Source: Chloroflexota bacterium (lineage in GTDB: Bacteria; Chloroflexota; UBA11872; VXOZ01). From it: 64,000 nt of DNA. The position numbers and the translations under genes are program-made. Where the stretch lies: the NCBI GenBank assembly GCA_963663275.1, contig OY760183.1, positions 2,368,001 to 2,432,000 on the forward strand, read 5' to 3'. Below, one piece after another: positions 20,136 through 29,121 of the stretch (positions are counted from its first letter, which is position 1; each line of letters starts with the position of its first letter). The notes beneath the pieces were generated by a model. It saw only the letters and a program-made list of their open reading frames with translations. It was not told the DNA's origin and did no database searches.

Positions 20136-21260
20136 TCAGGGCAGCCGCGGGCGCGGGGCCGGCTTCAGCCGTGTTGCGTTCTCAGCGACGAGCGCCTTCA
20201 TCTTCTCTTTGAATACGCTCGTGTCGAACGTGGCGGCATGTGCGGTGATTCGCTTCGCGCTAAACGTCTGATCCTCCAGGCGTGTAACGGCATCACAGAG
20301 CGCGTCCGGTGTTTGCTCCGCGAAGAAGAGGCCGGTTTCACCGTCTATTACCGTGTCGAGCGCCCCGCCGGCGGCATAGGCGACGACCGGGCGGCCGGAT
20401 GCCTGCGCCTCCACGGGCACGAGGCCGAAGTCTTCTTCTCCGGGAAAGATCAACGCACGGCATTGGGCAAGGTGGCGCTGCCGTTCGACGTCGTCCACGT
20501 ACCCCAGAAAGCGCACGTTCGGCTGGGCCATTGCCTCCAGGCGCGCCCGGTCGCGGCCGTCGCCGATGATGCGCAGCGGCAGGCCCAGGCGATTGAAGGC
20601 TTGCACGGCCAGGTCTACGCGCTTGTACGGCACCAGGCGCGAGACCAGCAGGAAGTAGTCGTCGATACGGTCCGCGGGCGCAAAGCGCGTGGTGTCAACC
20701 GGAGGGAAGAGGATGGTCGAGTCCCGCCGGTAGAATTTGCGTATGCGCGCGGCCACGACCCGCGAGATCGCGGCGAAGTCGTCCACCCGCGCGCTCGCGG
20801 TCACGTCCCACGCGCGAATGCGGGTGAGCGTAGCGGGCAGCAGTTTGCGCGCCAGCCAGCCGACCCGCTCTCCGGCCAGATACTCGTGCGTGTTCCAGGC
20901 AAAGCGCATCGGCGACAGGCAGTAGCAGAGATGCCAGGTGTCTTCGCGGGTGATGACGCCCTTGCACCAGGCGCTGCTGTTGCTGATTACGACATCATAG
21001 CCGGTGAGGTCGAGATGCTCGAAAGCAATCGGATAGAGCGGCAGTAGCTTCTGATGGCGCGGATAGCGCGTCAGCGGGCCAAACTTCTGCAAGAACGTCG
21101 TGCGAATGTCGAGTTCTTGGAACACCGCCGGCATGGCCTCAGGCCGGTAGAGCGACGTGTAGATAGGCGCGTCCGGGAAGAGTTCGTGGAGTATGAGCAG
21201 CACGCGCTCGGCGCCGCCCATCTGGTTGAGATAGTCGTGGAGAATTGCGATGCGCATCAT
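20136..21260 (-). CDS. Glycosyltransferase GT4 (WbaZ-like)
   Basis: Motifs HDYLNQMGGAERV, SRLVPYKR and EDFGLVPVEAQASG. Confidence 0.92.
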   Translation of the reverse strand: MMRIAILHDYLNQMGGAERVLLILHELFPDAPIYTSLYRPEAMPAVFQELDIRTTFLQKFGPLTRYPRHQKLLPLYPIAFEHLDLTGYDVVISNSSAWCKGVITREDTWHLCYCLSPMRFAWNTHEYLAGERVGWLARKLLPATLTRIRAWDVTASARVDDFAAISRVVAARIRKFYRRDSTILFPPVDTTRFAPADRIDDYFLLVSRLVPYKRVDLAVQAFNRLGLPLRIIGDGRDRARLEAMAQPNVRFLGYVDDVERQRHLAQCRALIFPGEEDFGLVPVEAQASGRPVVAYAAGGALDTVIDGETGLFFAEQTPDALCDAVTRLEDQTFSAKRITAHAATFDTSVFKEKMKALVAENATRLKPAPRPRLP

Positions 21261-21285
21261 GGGCCTCGGCCCTTTGGGGAGGCCC

Positions 21286-22776
21286 TCAATACGCGCCGTC
21301 ACGCCGTATGACGGCCGGGATCGTGCGCAGAATGAGATTGACGTCGAGGCCGAGAGACCAATTGTCGATGTAATAGATGTCCATCATTACCATCTCTTCG
21401 AACGGGACGTTGCTCCGTCCGTTCACCTGCCACAGGCCGGTGAGGCCGGGCTTGACGCTGAGCCGCTTCCTTTGCCAGTCCTCGTATTGCTCCACCTCCG
21501 CCGCCAGCGGGGCGCGCGGGCCGACGAGGCTCATGTCGCCCCGCAGGATGTTCCAGAATTGCGGCAGTTCGTCCAGCGATAGCCGGCGCAGCCACGCGCC
21601 AACCTTGGTGCGGCGGGGGTCGTTCGCCATCTTGAAGAGCGGCCCATCGGCTTGATTGCGGTCCGCGAGGGATTCCCGCAACTGTTCCGCGTCCCGGCGC
21701 ATCGAGCGGAACTTATACATGGTGAACGGCGTGCCGTTCTGGCCGACCCGCTCCGCCGTGTAGAACACCGGGCCGGACGACTCCAGCTTGATGGCGAGCG
21801 CGATTAGCAGGTAGAACGGGCTGCCCACCAAGAGGACGGCGGTCGAGACAACACTGTCGAGCAGGCGCTTCAGGAACGAGTCCCAGCCCACGATTGCGCC
21901 GTCCTTTAGCCCAATTATGGGTATGCCGCCGATGGAATCCACGTCTACCGTGTTGAGTTGGATTTCGAAGAGGTCCGGAATAAGGTGAAACTCCACCCGG
22001 TGCGCCTTGCACTGGTCGATTGCGTCGGCGATTGAGCGGTGTTCCGTGGCGGGCAGGGCGATGATGACGCTCTCCACGCCATGGGCCTGGACGGCGTCGG
22101 CCAGCCGCTCCACCGGCCCCAGCACCTTGATGCGGCCAAAATCCGCCCCGCGCGCATAGTGCCCGTCGTCCAGGAAGCCAACCAGCCGGTACCCCAGGTT
22201 CGGCTGCGTGAGCACCTGCTGCATAATCATCTTGCCGTGCATGCCTCCTCCCACCACGACCATTTGCTCGAGGAGGAAGCCCCGCCGCCGGAGCGCGTCG
22301 ACTCCGAGGCGCAATACCACGCGGCTAAGGCTGATCATGAACGGCGTGACCAGCCAGAGCAGTATGAATAGGCCGCGCGAGTACCCGGCATAGCCGGGCA
22401 AGCGAAAGAGGTAAGACATGACGAAGAGAGAAAAGACCGCCAACGTAGACCCCAAGCAAATCCGGCCTACTTCCTCTACCAGTCCGGTGGACTTGCGCAG
22501 GCGGTATACCCGCGCGATTTGGAAAGCGATGAATACCAGCGCGAGATGCGCGAGCAGCACGGGTTGGTAGTAGCTGAACGCCAGGTACTGGAAGTCGGTC
22601 AGGTCCGGGCCGATGCCCATTTCATACCGCAGCCACCAGGAAGCGTAGACGGCCAGGCCGGCCAGCAACATATCGAGAAAACCGATTAACAATTTCATGG
22701 TGAACCGGCTCCTACGCTTGACTACCGGCGGCGCAACCTTCGGCGCGGTCATCGTCTTCATCGCGGCGTCCCTCAC
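21286..22776 (-). CDS. Undecaprenyl-phosphate sugar phosphotransferase (WcaJ/CpsE family)
   Basis: N-terminal TM helices; motifs KRLLD, KFRSM, SLDELPQ, GDMSLVGPR and PGLTGLWQV. Confidence 0.93.
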   Translation of the reverse strand: MRDAAMKTMTAPKVAPPVVKRRSRFTMKLLIGFLDMLLAGLAVYASWWLRYEMGIGPDLTDFQYLAFSYYQPVLLAHLALVFIAFQIARVYRLRKSTGLVEEVGRICLGSTLAVFSLFVMSYLFRLPGYAGYSRGLFILLWLVTPFMISLSRVVLRLGVDALRRRGFLLEQMVVVGGGMHGKMIMQQVLTQPNLGYRLVGFLDDGHYARGADFGRIKVLGPVERLADAVQAHGVESVIIALPATEHRSIADAIDQCKAHRVEFHLIPDLFEIQLNTVDVDSIGGIPIIGLKDGAIVGWDSFLKRLLDSVVSTAVLLVGSPFYLLIALAIKLESSGPVFYTAERVGQNGTPFTMYKFRSMRRDAEQLRESLADRNQADGPLFKMANDPRRTKVGAWLRRLSLDELPQFWNILRGDMSLVGPRAPLAAEVEQYEDWQRKRLSVKPGLTGLWQVNGRSNVPFEEMVMMDIYYIDNWSLGLDVNLILRTIPAVIRRDGAY

Positions 22777-23909
22777 GATCCCAGGGTACGATACACGTCC
22801 AGGCAGACACGAACGGAGTCGGGCCAGGAAAAGCGCCCGGCCTGCTCTATGCCGCGCTCGCGCAGGCTGGCCGCAAGCGCGTCATCCGTCAGTACGCGGC
22901 TCATTGCGGCGGCAAGTTGCGCCTGGTCGCGGGACGGGGCCAGCACACCGGCGTCTCCCACCACCTCCGGCAATGAGGAGGTGTTCGACGCAATCACCGG
23001 CACGCCCGATGCCATGGCTTCCAGCGCGGGATAGCCGAACCCTTCATACGAAGAGGGATAGACAAGCAGGTCGGCGCAGCTATACCACATTGGCAATTCC
23101 TCCCGCGCCACGTAGCCCGGCATGAGCAGGCGGTCGCCAATCTTCGATTCCGTGATGGCGGTTTCAATCGCCTGGGTCATCCAGCCCCTGCCGCCAACGA
23201 GAACCAACTTGTGCGGCAGCCGCTCCTGGCGCATGGCGTCTCCAAACGCGCGGATCAACACGTCGACGTTCTTGCGGGGCTCCAGCGTGCCCACGTAGAG
23301 CACGTAGCGCGGCGGCAGTCCCTTGGCCGCGCGAAACGCCTTGATCTCGTCCCGCGAGCGCGGCTGGAAATCACTGTCCGCCGCCGAATAGACTACGTGC
23401 ACGCGCTCCGGCGGCACGTCGAGCATCTCCACGACGTCGCGCCGCGTGCTCGCCGAAACCGTGATGATAGCATTCGCGCGGCGAGCCGACCAGCGCGTGA
23501 ACAGTTGAAGATACCACCGTTTGTACTGCGGAAACAGCCGGGGATACCGCAAGAAAGAGAGGTCGTGAATGGTCAGGACCGTGGGACACGCTGCCGCCAG
23601 GGGCAAAACGTTGAGCGGGCAGTGCAGTACATCTAGTTTACCACGCCCGGTGTGCCATGCCAAGACCGTTTGTTCCCACAGAATGCGCGGCGCCGGACGC
23701 CCGGTGGGGAAGCGGCTGGAAATCACGGTGGGCTTATAGCGCGTGCTCTCCCGCCACGCCGGCATGAGGTGGTTGGTAAAGAGCGTGTAATCGTTCTCGC
23801 CGTCGATATTGAGCAGATGGGTCGTCAATTGCCGGATGTAATTGCTGATGCCGGCATTGCGGTAGTCCTGGGAGGTGTAGAGTTTCAGGGCATTGATCCC
23901 AATTCTCAC
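22773..23909 (-). CDS. Glycosyltransferase GT4
   Basis: Motifs TIHDL, VGTLEPRKN and YEGFGYPALEAMASG. Confidence 0.92.
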   Translation of the reverse strand: MRIGINALKLYTSQDYRNAGISNYIRQLTTHLLNIDGENDYTLFTNHLMPAWRESTRYKPTVISSRFPTGRPAPRILWEQTVLAWHTGRGKLDVLHCPLNVLPLAAACPTVLTIHDLSFLRYPRLFPQYKRWYLQLFTRWSARRANAIITVSASTRRDVVEMLDVPPERVHVVYSAADSDFQPRSRDEIKAFRAAKGLPPRYVLYVGTLEPRKNVDVLIRAFGDAMRQERLPHKLVLVGGRGWMTQAIETAITESKIGDRLLMPGYVAREELPMWYSCADLLVYPSSYEGFGYPALEAMASGVPVIASNTSSLPEVVGDAGVLAPSRDQAQLAAAMSRVLTDDALAASLRERGIEQAGRFSWPDSVRVCLDVYRTLGS

Positions 23910-24105
23910 GGCCTGAACCTCGAGCTACTCCACACGTCGCCGGGCGCGTCTTCCGCTCCTACCGTCATTGTAGCGCGTGGCCCTCCCTGCCGCTCAGGCG
24001 CGGTGACAGCGCGCGTGCGAGGAAAAACTGTCTTGGGGAGTCCATTCGTGCTAGCATGAACGGGTACGGCCATTTGCGAACTTGCCATGAGGAGCGGAGC
24101 ACGCC

Positions 24106-24867
24106 ATGCGTCTTGGAATCGTGACCTACAACATTGCGGCCGATTGGGACATTCCGGCTATCCTTGCCAACTGCGAAGCGGCGGGCATTCTTGGGGTGGA
24201 ACTGCGCACGACCCACGCGCACGGCGTGGAACCCGCTCTTTCGGCGCACGAACGCCGCGAGGTGCGGGCTAGGTTTGCCGACTCGCCGGTCTCGATCATC
24301 GGTTTGGGCACCACGTGCGAGTTCCACGCGCTGGAAGAAGAGACCGTGCGGGCGCACGTGGAGACGGCAAAGGAGTTCGCCCAACTTGCCCATGACCTCG
24401 GCGCGGGCGGCATCAAGGTGCGTCCCAACGGCCTGCAACTGAAGGCGGGCATTCCCAAAGAGCAGACCCTGGCACAAATCGGTAATGCGCTCCATGCCGT
24501 TGGCGCCGCCGCGCAGGACCTCGGCGTTGCGGTCTGGATGGAGATGCACGGCCCGGACACGGCGGAGCCGGAGAACGTCCAGGAAATTTTGGAGCGCGCC
24601 GCCCACGCCAACGTGTTTGCCTGCTGGAACTCGAATCCGCAGGACGTGAAGGACGGTTCCATCGCCAAGAGCTATGCCCTCGTCCGCGAGAAGATCGGGC
24701 ACGTCCACGTCAACCGGCTCTACAGCGACTACCCGTACCGCGAACTCTTCAGCCTCTTGCAGGAAGACAACTACGCCGGCTGGGCCTGTGCGGAGATCCA
24801 GGCATCGGCCGATGCGCTCACCCTTCTTCAATACTACCGCGCGCTCTTCCATGAGTTGGGCGGATAG
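24106..24867 (+). CDS. Sugar phosphate isomerase/epimerase (xylose isomerase-like TIM barrel)
   Basis: Motifs GVELRTTHAHGVE, MEMHG and GHVH; GAGGAG RBS. Confidence 0.82.
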   Translation: MRLGIVTYNIAADWDIPAILANCEAAGILGVELRTTHAHGVEPALSAHERREVRARFADSPVSIIGLGTTCEFHALEEETVRAHVETAKEFAQLAHDLGAGGIKVRPNGLQLKAGIPKEQTLAQIGNALHAVGAAAQDLGVAVWMEMHGPDTAEPENVQEILERAAHANVFACWNSNPQDVKDGSIAKSYALVREKIGHVHVNRLYSDYPYRELFSLLQEDNYAGWACAEIQASADALTLLQYYRALFHELGG

Positions 24868-25100
24868 ACGGACGGGCGCGGTTGGCGCGCACGCAGTGTC
24901 GTAGTTCGCCAAACACGGTATAATTGGGAGTGGCCGCCCACAGCGCGCGGCGCGATGCGAATTAGGTAACCCATACCCTTGACATAATTGGGAGAGAGGA
25001 ACCGGGTCGGCAGCAGGCGCTTTCGCCACCGAACGGGAATGAGTTCCGTAGGAATCGCTACGGGAATGAGCTCCATAGGCGTCGATGGCGCGCTCCGACC

Positions 25101-25493
25101 ATGACTATGGCACGCAAGAGACGCAAGTCAAGCGGCCAGCGCCGCAAAACAACGCGGACTCGCGGCGCAGTGCGTTCCCGCGCCGCCCCGCCTGCGAGCG
25201 GGCGCACAACCGGCGCGGAGACAGGGTTGGCCGAGCCGGCCTTGACCGCTCCTTCAGAAGCCGACGGCGAATCCCCACCGATTGCAGCCGCCGCGCAGCC
25301 GGTCTCGGCGCCGACCGCGGCGCCCGTTCAGGCCCAATCACAGACTTCGTGGCCGACGCGGCGCAAGCGGTCGCAGCGCGTTGACCTGCCGTTCTATGAA
25401 CTTGACCACGTGAGAGGCGACCTGGCGCGGATCGGCCTGCTTTCTTTGGGCATGGTCGCCGTGTTGGTAGTCCTTACCTTCGTGTTGCGCTAA
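25101..25493 (+). CDS. Hypothetical C-terminally anchored membrane protein
   Basis: Basic N-terminus, Pro/Ala linker, HVRGDLARIG and one terminal TM helix. Confidence 0.65.
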   Translation: MTMARKRRKSSGQRRKTTRTRGAVRSRAAPPASGRTTGAETGLAEPALTAPSEADGESPPIAAAAQPVSAPTAAPVQAQSQTSWPTRRKRSQRVDLPFYELDHVRGDLARIGLLSLGMVAVLVVLTFVLR

Positions 25494-25606
25494 CGCTCCC
25501 GCTGCCGGGCAAAACGCGCCGTGCCGCACGTCGCAGGCAAGCGGCACGGCCTCGACCGGCGGCATGGGCGTGAGCGCAAGGTGCGATTACCCACTTAACG
25601 GATACT

Positions 25607-26107
25607 ATGTTCGAGCAAGGCACAACGCTTTCGCAAATCATCGGCACGTCTCTCGCCAGTTTCCTGCTGGCGCTGCTGTATCTCCGTATCTACCTTCCGT
25701 TTGCGCCCAAGCGGCCGGGCCAGCCGATTGGCAGGATACGCTTGGGCATCCGCGAGAAGATCCTCATCTTTCGCCCCACGCTCATTCCGCTCTTGTTGCT
25801 CCTGTTCGTCAACCAGATTCCGGTATCGGGCATCCAGTTTTCGTTCATGCTGCCGGGCACCGAACTGATGATCATGCTGGCGACCGTCATCGCCGCGCTG
25901 GTGCCCGTCTCGTACATCTTCACAACCGAAGGCTACTCGCTCAGCAACGGCCAGACCCACCGCTGGGAGAGTTTCCGCCGCTACGAGGTGGATCGCGGCG
26001 TGGTGGTGCTGGAAGGCAAAGGCGAGCGCCCGCTCAAGCAGAAACTCTACATCCCGGCTGAAAAAGAGAACGCCCTGCGCACCGTGCTGAAACGATTTGT
26101 CGCCTAG
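25607..26107 (+). CDS. Hypothetical membrane protein
   Basis: Three TM helices plus a short soluble C-terminal domain (TTEG...WESFRRY); host-like codon usage. Confidence 0.75.
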   Translation: MFEQGTTLSQIIGTSLASFLLALLYLRIYLPFAPKRPGQPIGRIRLGIREKILIFRPTLIPLLLLLFVNQIPVSGIQFSFMLPGTELMIMLATVIAALVPVSYIFTTEGYSLSNGQTHRWESFRRYEVDRGVVVLEGKGERPLKQKLYIPAEKENALRTVLKRFVA

Positions 26108-26203
26108 CGGCTGCCTCGTCTCCATAGACGCACCCCAAGCCGAAGTCCGAATGATGACCCTGGGCAGTGTGGACGGCAAGCGACAAGACTCCCTCTCCAA
26201 GGG

Positions 26204-26350
26204 CTGACAGGGGTATGTACTCCAAGATCGACTTCACTTGTCGTTCCGAACGGAGCGGAGCGAAGTGAGGAATCTAGAGGGCAGCCCTGCAAGATCATCA
26301 CTTCTAGATTCCTCGCTCCGCTCGGAATGACTTTTACATACCCCTGTCAC
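26204..26350. mobile_element. 147-bp MITE-like element with 15-bp TIR and 11-bp TSD
   Basis: TIRs TGACAGGGGTATGTA (26205-26219) and TACATACCCCTGTCA (26335-26349). Flanking direct repeat CTCTCCAAGGG at 26193-26203 and 26351-26361. Confidence 0.8.
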
Positions 26351-26483
26351 CTCTCCAAGGGGGAGAAGGCCGGTGTGAGGGGAAATCTGCACGGTCCAGC
26401 CCCTATTCCCAATTGGACTGCAATCTTGCTCGCGATAATCTAACGAATGAGCGACACGCCGCGCAGAGAAAGGCGCTGAGGCG

Positions 26484-27932
26484 ATGAAGCGTCGATCGCG
26501 TCAAGAGAACCCGCCTCCCTCCCTCTTACCTGATTCCCCGGGGCGCTCCGGGGCGGAACCGTCCACCGGCGGCTTGCCTGCCGCCGCGTCCGCCGCGCCC
26601 TTGGCCACGCGCATGAGGCCGTTGACCCTCGACGAGTACGTGGGACAAGCCCACCTGCTTGGCGAGAAGGGCGTGCTGCGGCAGGCGATCACGGCGGATC
26701 GCGTCCCTTCCATGATTCTCTGGGGTCCGCCCGGCTCGGGCAAGACCTCGCTGGCCGCCATCATTGGCCGCGCGGCCCAGGCCACAATCGCCAGCCTCAG
26801 CGCCGTGAGCGCCGGCGTTGCCGATTTGCGCAAGGTCGTCGAGGAGGCCCAGGCGCGGCTTGAACTCACCGGCCGGCGCACGATACTCTTCATCGACGAA
26901 ATCCACCGCTTCTCCAAGAGCCAGCAGGACGCCATCCTGCCCTACGTGGAAGACGGCACGGTAACGCTGATCGGCGCGACGACGGAGAATCCATCGTTCG
27001 AGGTCAACGCTCCGCTGCTTTCGCGCGCCCGCGTCTACAAGCTGGAACCGCTCACGGACGCTGAAGTGATGACGCTGGTGGAGCGCAGTCTGGCGGACGG
27101 CACGCGCGGGCTGGGCGCGCAGCAGGTGGCGGCGCAGCCGGAGGCTCTGGAGTACCTGGTGCGCATGGCCGGCGGCGACGCCCGGGTGGCGCTCAACGCG
27201 CTGGAGTTGGCGGTGTCGTTGGCGGCGGCGGACAACGGCGGCGCGCGCTCGGTCAGTGAAAACGACGTGGCGCAGGCCCTGCAGCGGCGGGTGCTGCCCC
27301 ACGACAAGCAGGGGGACTTTCACTACGACCTGATCTCCGCTTACATCAAGAGCGTGCGCGGCAGCGATCCCGACGCCGCAGTGTATTGGCTGGCGCGCAT
27401 GTTGGAAGGCGGCGAAGACCCGCTCTTCATCGCGCGCCGCATGGTGATTCTTGCTTCGGAGGACATCGGCCTCGCCGACCCGCAAGCGCTTGGCGTTGCC
27501 GTGGCCGCGCAGCAGGCGGCCCACTTCATCGGCATGCCGGAAGGACTCTATCCGCTCACGCAGGCGACGCTCTACCTGGCCGCGGCCCCCAAGAGCAACT
27601 CGGCGCTGCGCGCCTACGCCGCAGCCCGCGAGGCCGTGCAGGAAACCGGCAACCTCAGCGTGCCGCTCCACCTGCGCAACGCCCCGACCGGACTGATGGC
27701 GGCCTTTGGGCACGGCAAGGACTACAAGTATCCGCACTCATACGAAGGCAATTGGATAGCGGAAGATTACCTGCCGGAGCCCCTGCGAGGCCGATGCTTC
27801 TACGAGCCGGGCACGGTCGGGTTCGAGCGGGAGTTGCGGGAACGACTGGACGAACGTGAAGCCCGCCGCGCGCGATCGGCTGAGCAGGACGGCCAAGGCG
27901 GGCAACCGTCACAGGACGAGGAACCGGACTGA
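26484..27932 (+). CDS. rarA: Replication-associated recombination protein A (MgsA)
   Basis: Motifs PLATRMRP, WGPPGSGKT, FIDEIHRF, GATTENPSF, KSVRGSDPDAA and ASEDIG. Confidence 0.95.
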   Translation: MKRRSRQENPPPSLLPDSPGRSGAEPSTGGLPAAASAAPLATRMRPLTLDEYVGQAHLLGEKGVLRQAITADRVPSMILWGPPGSGKTSLAAIIGRAAQATIASLSAVSAGVADLRKVVEEAQARLELTGRRTILFIDEIHRFSKSQQDAILPYVEDGTVTLIGATTENPSFEVNAPLLSRARVYKLEPLTDAEVMTLVERSLADGTRGLGAQQVAAQPEALEYLVRMAGGDARVALNALELAVSLAAADNGGARSVSENDVAQALQRRVLPHDKQGDFHYDLISAYIKSVRGSDPDAAVYWLARMLEGGEDPLFIARRMVILASEDIGLADPQALGVAVAAQQAAHFIGMPEGLYPLTQATLYLAAAPKSNSALRAYAAAREAVQETGNLSVPLHLRNAPTGLMAAFGHGKDYKYPHSYEGNWIAEDYLPEPLRGRCFYEPGTVGFERELRERLDEREARRARSAEQDGQGGQPSQDEEPD

Positions 27933-27948
27933 CCCACTCGCGTGCGCG

Positions 27949-29121
27949 CTAGAACAGTCCTCGCAAAGGCCGCGCATACCCGGTGAGTTCGGCATAGCCG
28001 TAGCCGACGGCGTCCCCGCTCACCCGCACGGCGCCCTCCCAGTAAGTCACGCTGCCCACGAATTCTTGCTCCGCCAGCAGCGGCTCCAGGAAGAGGCGCA
28101 GTGGCGCGCCGCCAGCCTGAACGACGATCTCCCAGCCGGCGGGATAGGTAGCGCCGCTGCGACTGCTCCGCCACGTGCGTGTCGGCGTAATAGCGAACGC
28201 CGCCGACGAGAGATTGACAGTCCGGCCGTCAGGAAACACGAGCAGGCCGCCAAAGAACGGTTCCAAGTTGCCGTCTTGGAAGCGAATCTGCCCTACCATC
28301 AGGTCGCGGCCGTCATCCAGGTGCACCGCGAACCAGTCCCAGCCCACCGCGCCCGCGCTCAGCGCGCTGGTGCCGAATTCCCGGTCCATCCAACTTGCGC
28401 CGCTGACCGTAAACGCCTCATCCCCAATGGTCACCGTGCCCGTCGTGGCCAGGCGCGTGAGCGAATAGTAGTAGCTGGCGTTGCCGGGCTCCGGGCCTTT
28501 TTGGCTGAGGCCGCTGTCGCCTTGCAGCGCGGGCGGTTTGGCGGCGGTGAGCGTCAAATCGATGGCAAAGCCGTCCGCCTTGGCAACAATCCGCATTTGC
28601 GACGCCGCATCGTCTACGCCTTGCGCCGACCAATCTTCCAACCAAACGCGGTAGCGCGGGATGCCTTCAGCGCCCGCCAGGCCCGCCGCGCCCCGGCTAA
28701 ACCGCTCTTCCTGGTAGAACGTCTTGCCTGCCACGTCGCTGACCGTAAAGTGCGCCATGTAGATCTGGTTCGTGTGCCACTCCGACTGCGTTTCTCGTTG
28801 TTCCGGTGTGAGAGCGCGCCGAAAAATGGTGAACTGGTAACCGAACTGCCGCCCGGACGCGGTTGTCACGTTGCCGGTGTAGTACCACCATTCGGTCTGG
28901 AACGCCGGATGCGGCCCGTGGTCGTGGGGAAACTCCCACTGCCAGGGATCTATGGCCCGCGCGAAGCCGTCGGCAGCGAACTGAGGCGGCAGAATGGTGG
29001 TCTGCGCTCCGAGGGACGCCGCCGGCCGGTTGAGCGTCCACAGGACACCGCCAAGCAGCAGGACGAGCGCGCCGGCGACAATGAGGAACGGCAGCATCTT
29101 CTTGACATAAGGCTTATTCAT
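27949..29121 (-). CDS. AttH/CrtC-like lipocalin-domain secreted protein
   Basis: Motifs FPHDHGPHP, EWWYYTG, SYYYS, WMDREF, GWDWF and YWEG; N-terminal TM helix. Confidence 0.88.
   Translation of the reverse strand: MNKPYVKKMLPFLIVAGALVLLLGGVLWTLNRPAASLGAQTTILPPQFAADGFARAIDPWQWEFPHDHGPHPAFQTEWWYYTGNVTTASGRQFGYQFTIFRRALTPEQRETQSEWHTNQIYMAHFTVSDVAGKTFYQEERFSRGAAGLAGAEGIPRYRVWLEDWSAQGVDDAASQMRIVAKADGFAIDLTLTAAKPPALQGDSGLSQKGPEPGNASYYYSLTRLATTGTVTIGDEAFTVSGASWMDREFGTSALSAGAVGWDWFAVHLDDGRDLMVGQIRFQDGNLEPFFGGLLVFPDGRTVNLSSAAFAITPTRTWRSSRSGATYPAGWEIVVQAGGAPLRLFLEPLLAEQEFVGSVTYWEGAVRVSGDAVGYGYAELTGYARPLRGLF

Noticed and set aside
24834-25076. 80-aa minus-strand ORF with repeated ELIPV
   Set aside because: The peptide repeat only mirrors the 27-bp-period DNA repeat; the ORF has no clear RBS and overlaps the neighbouring gene end.
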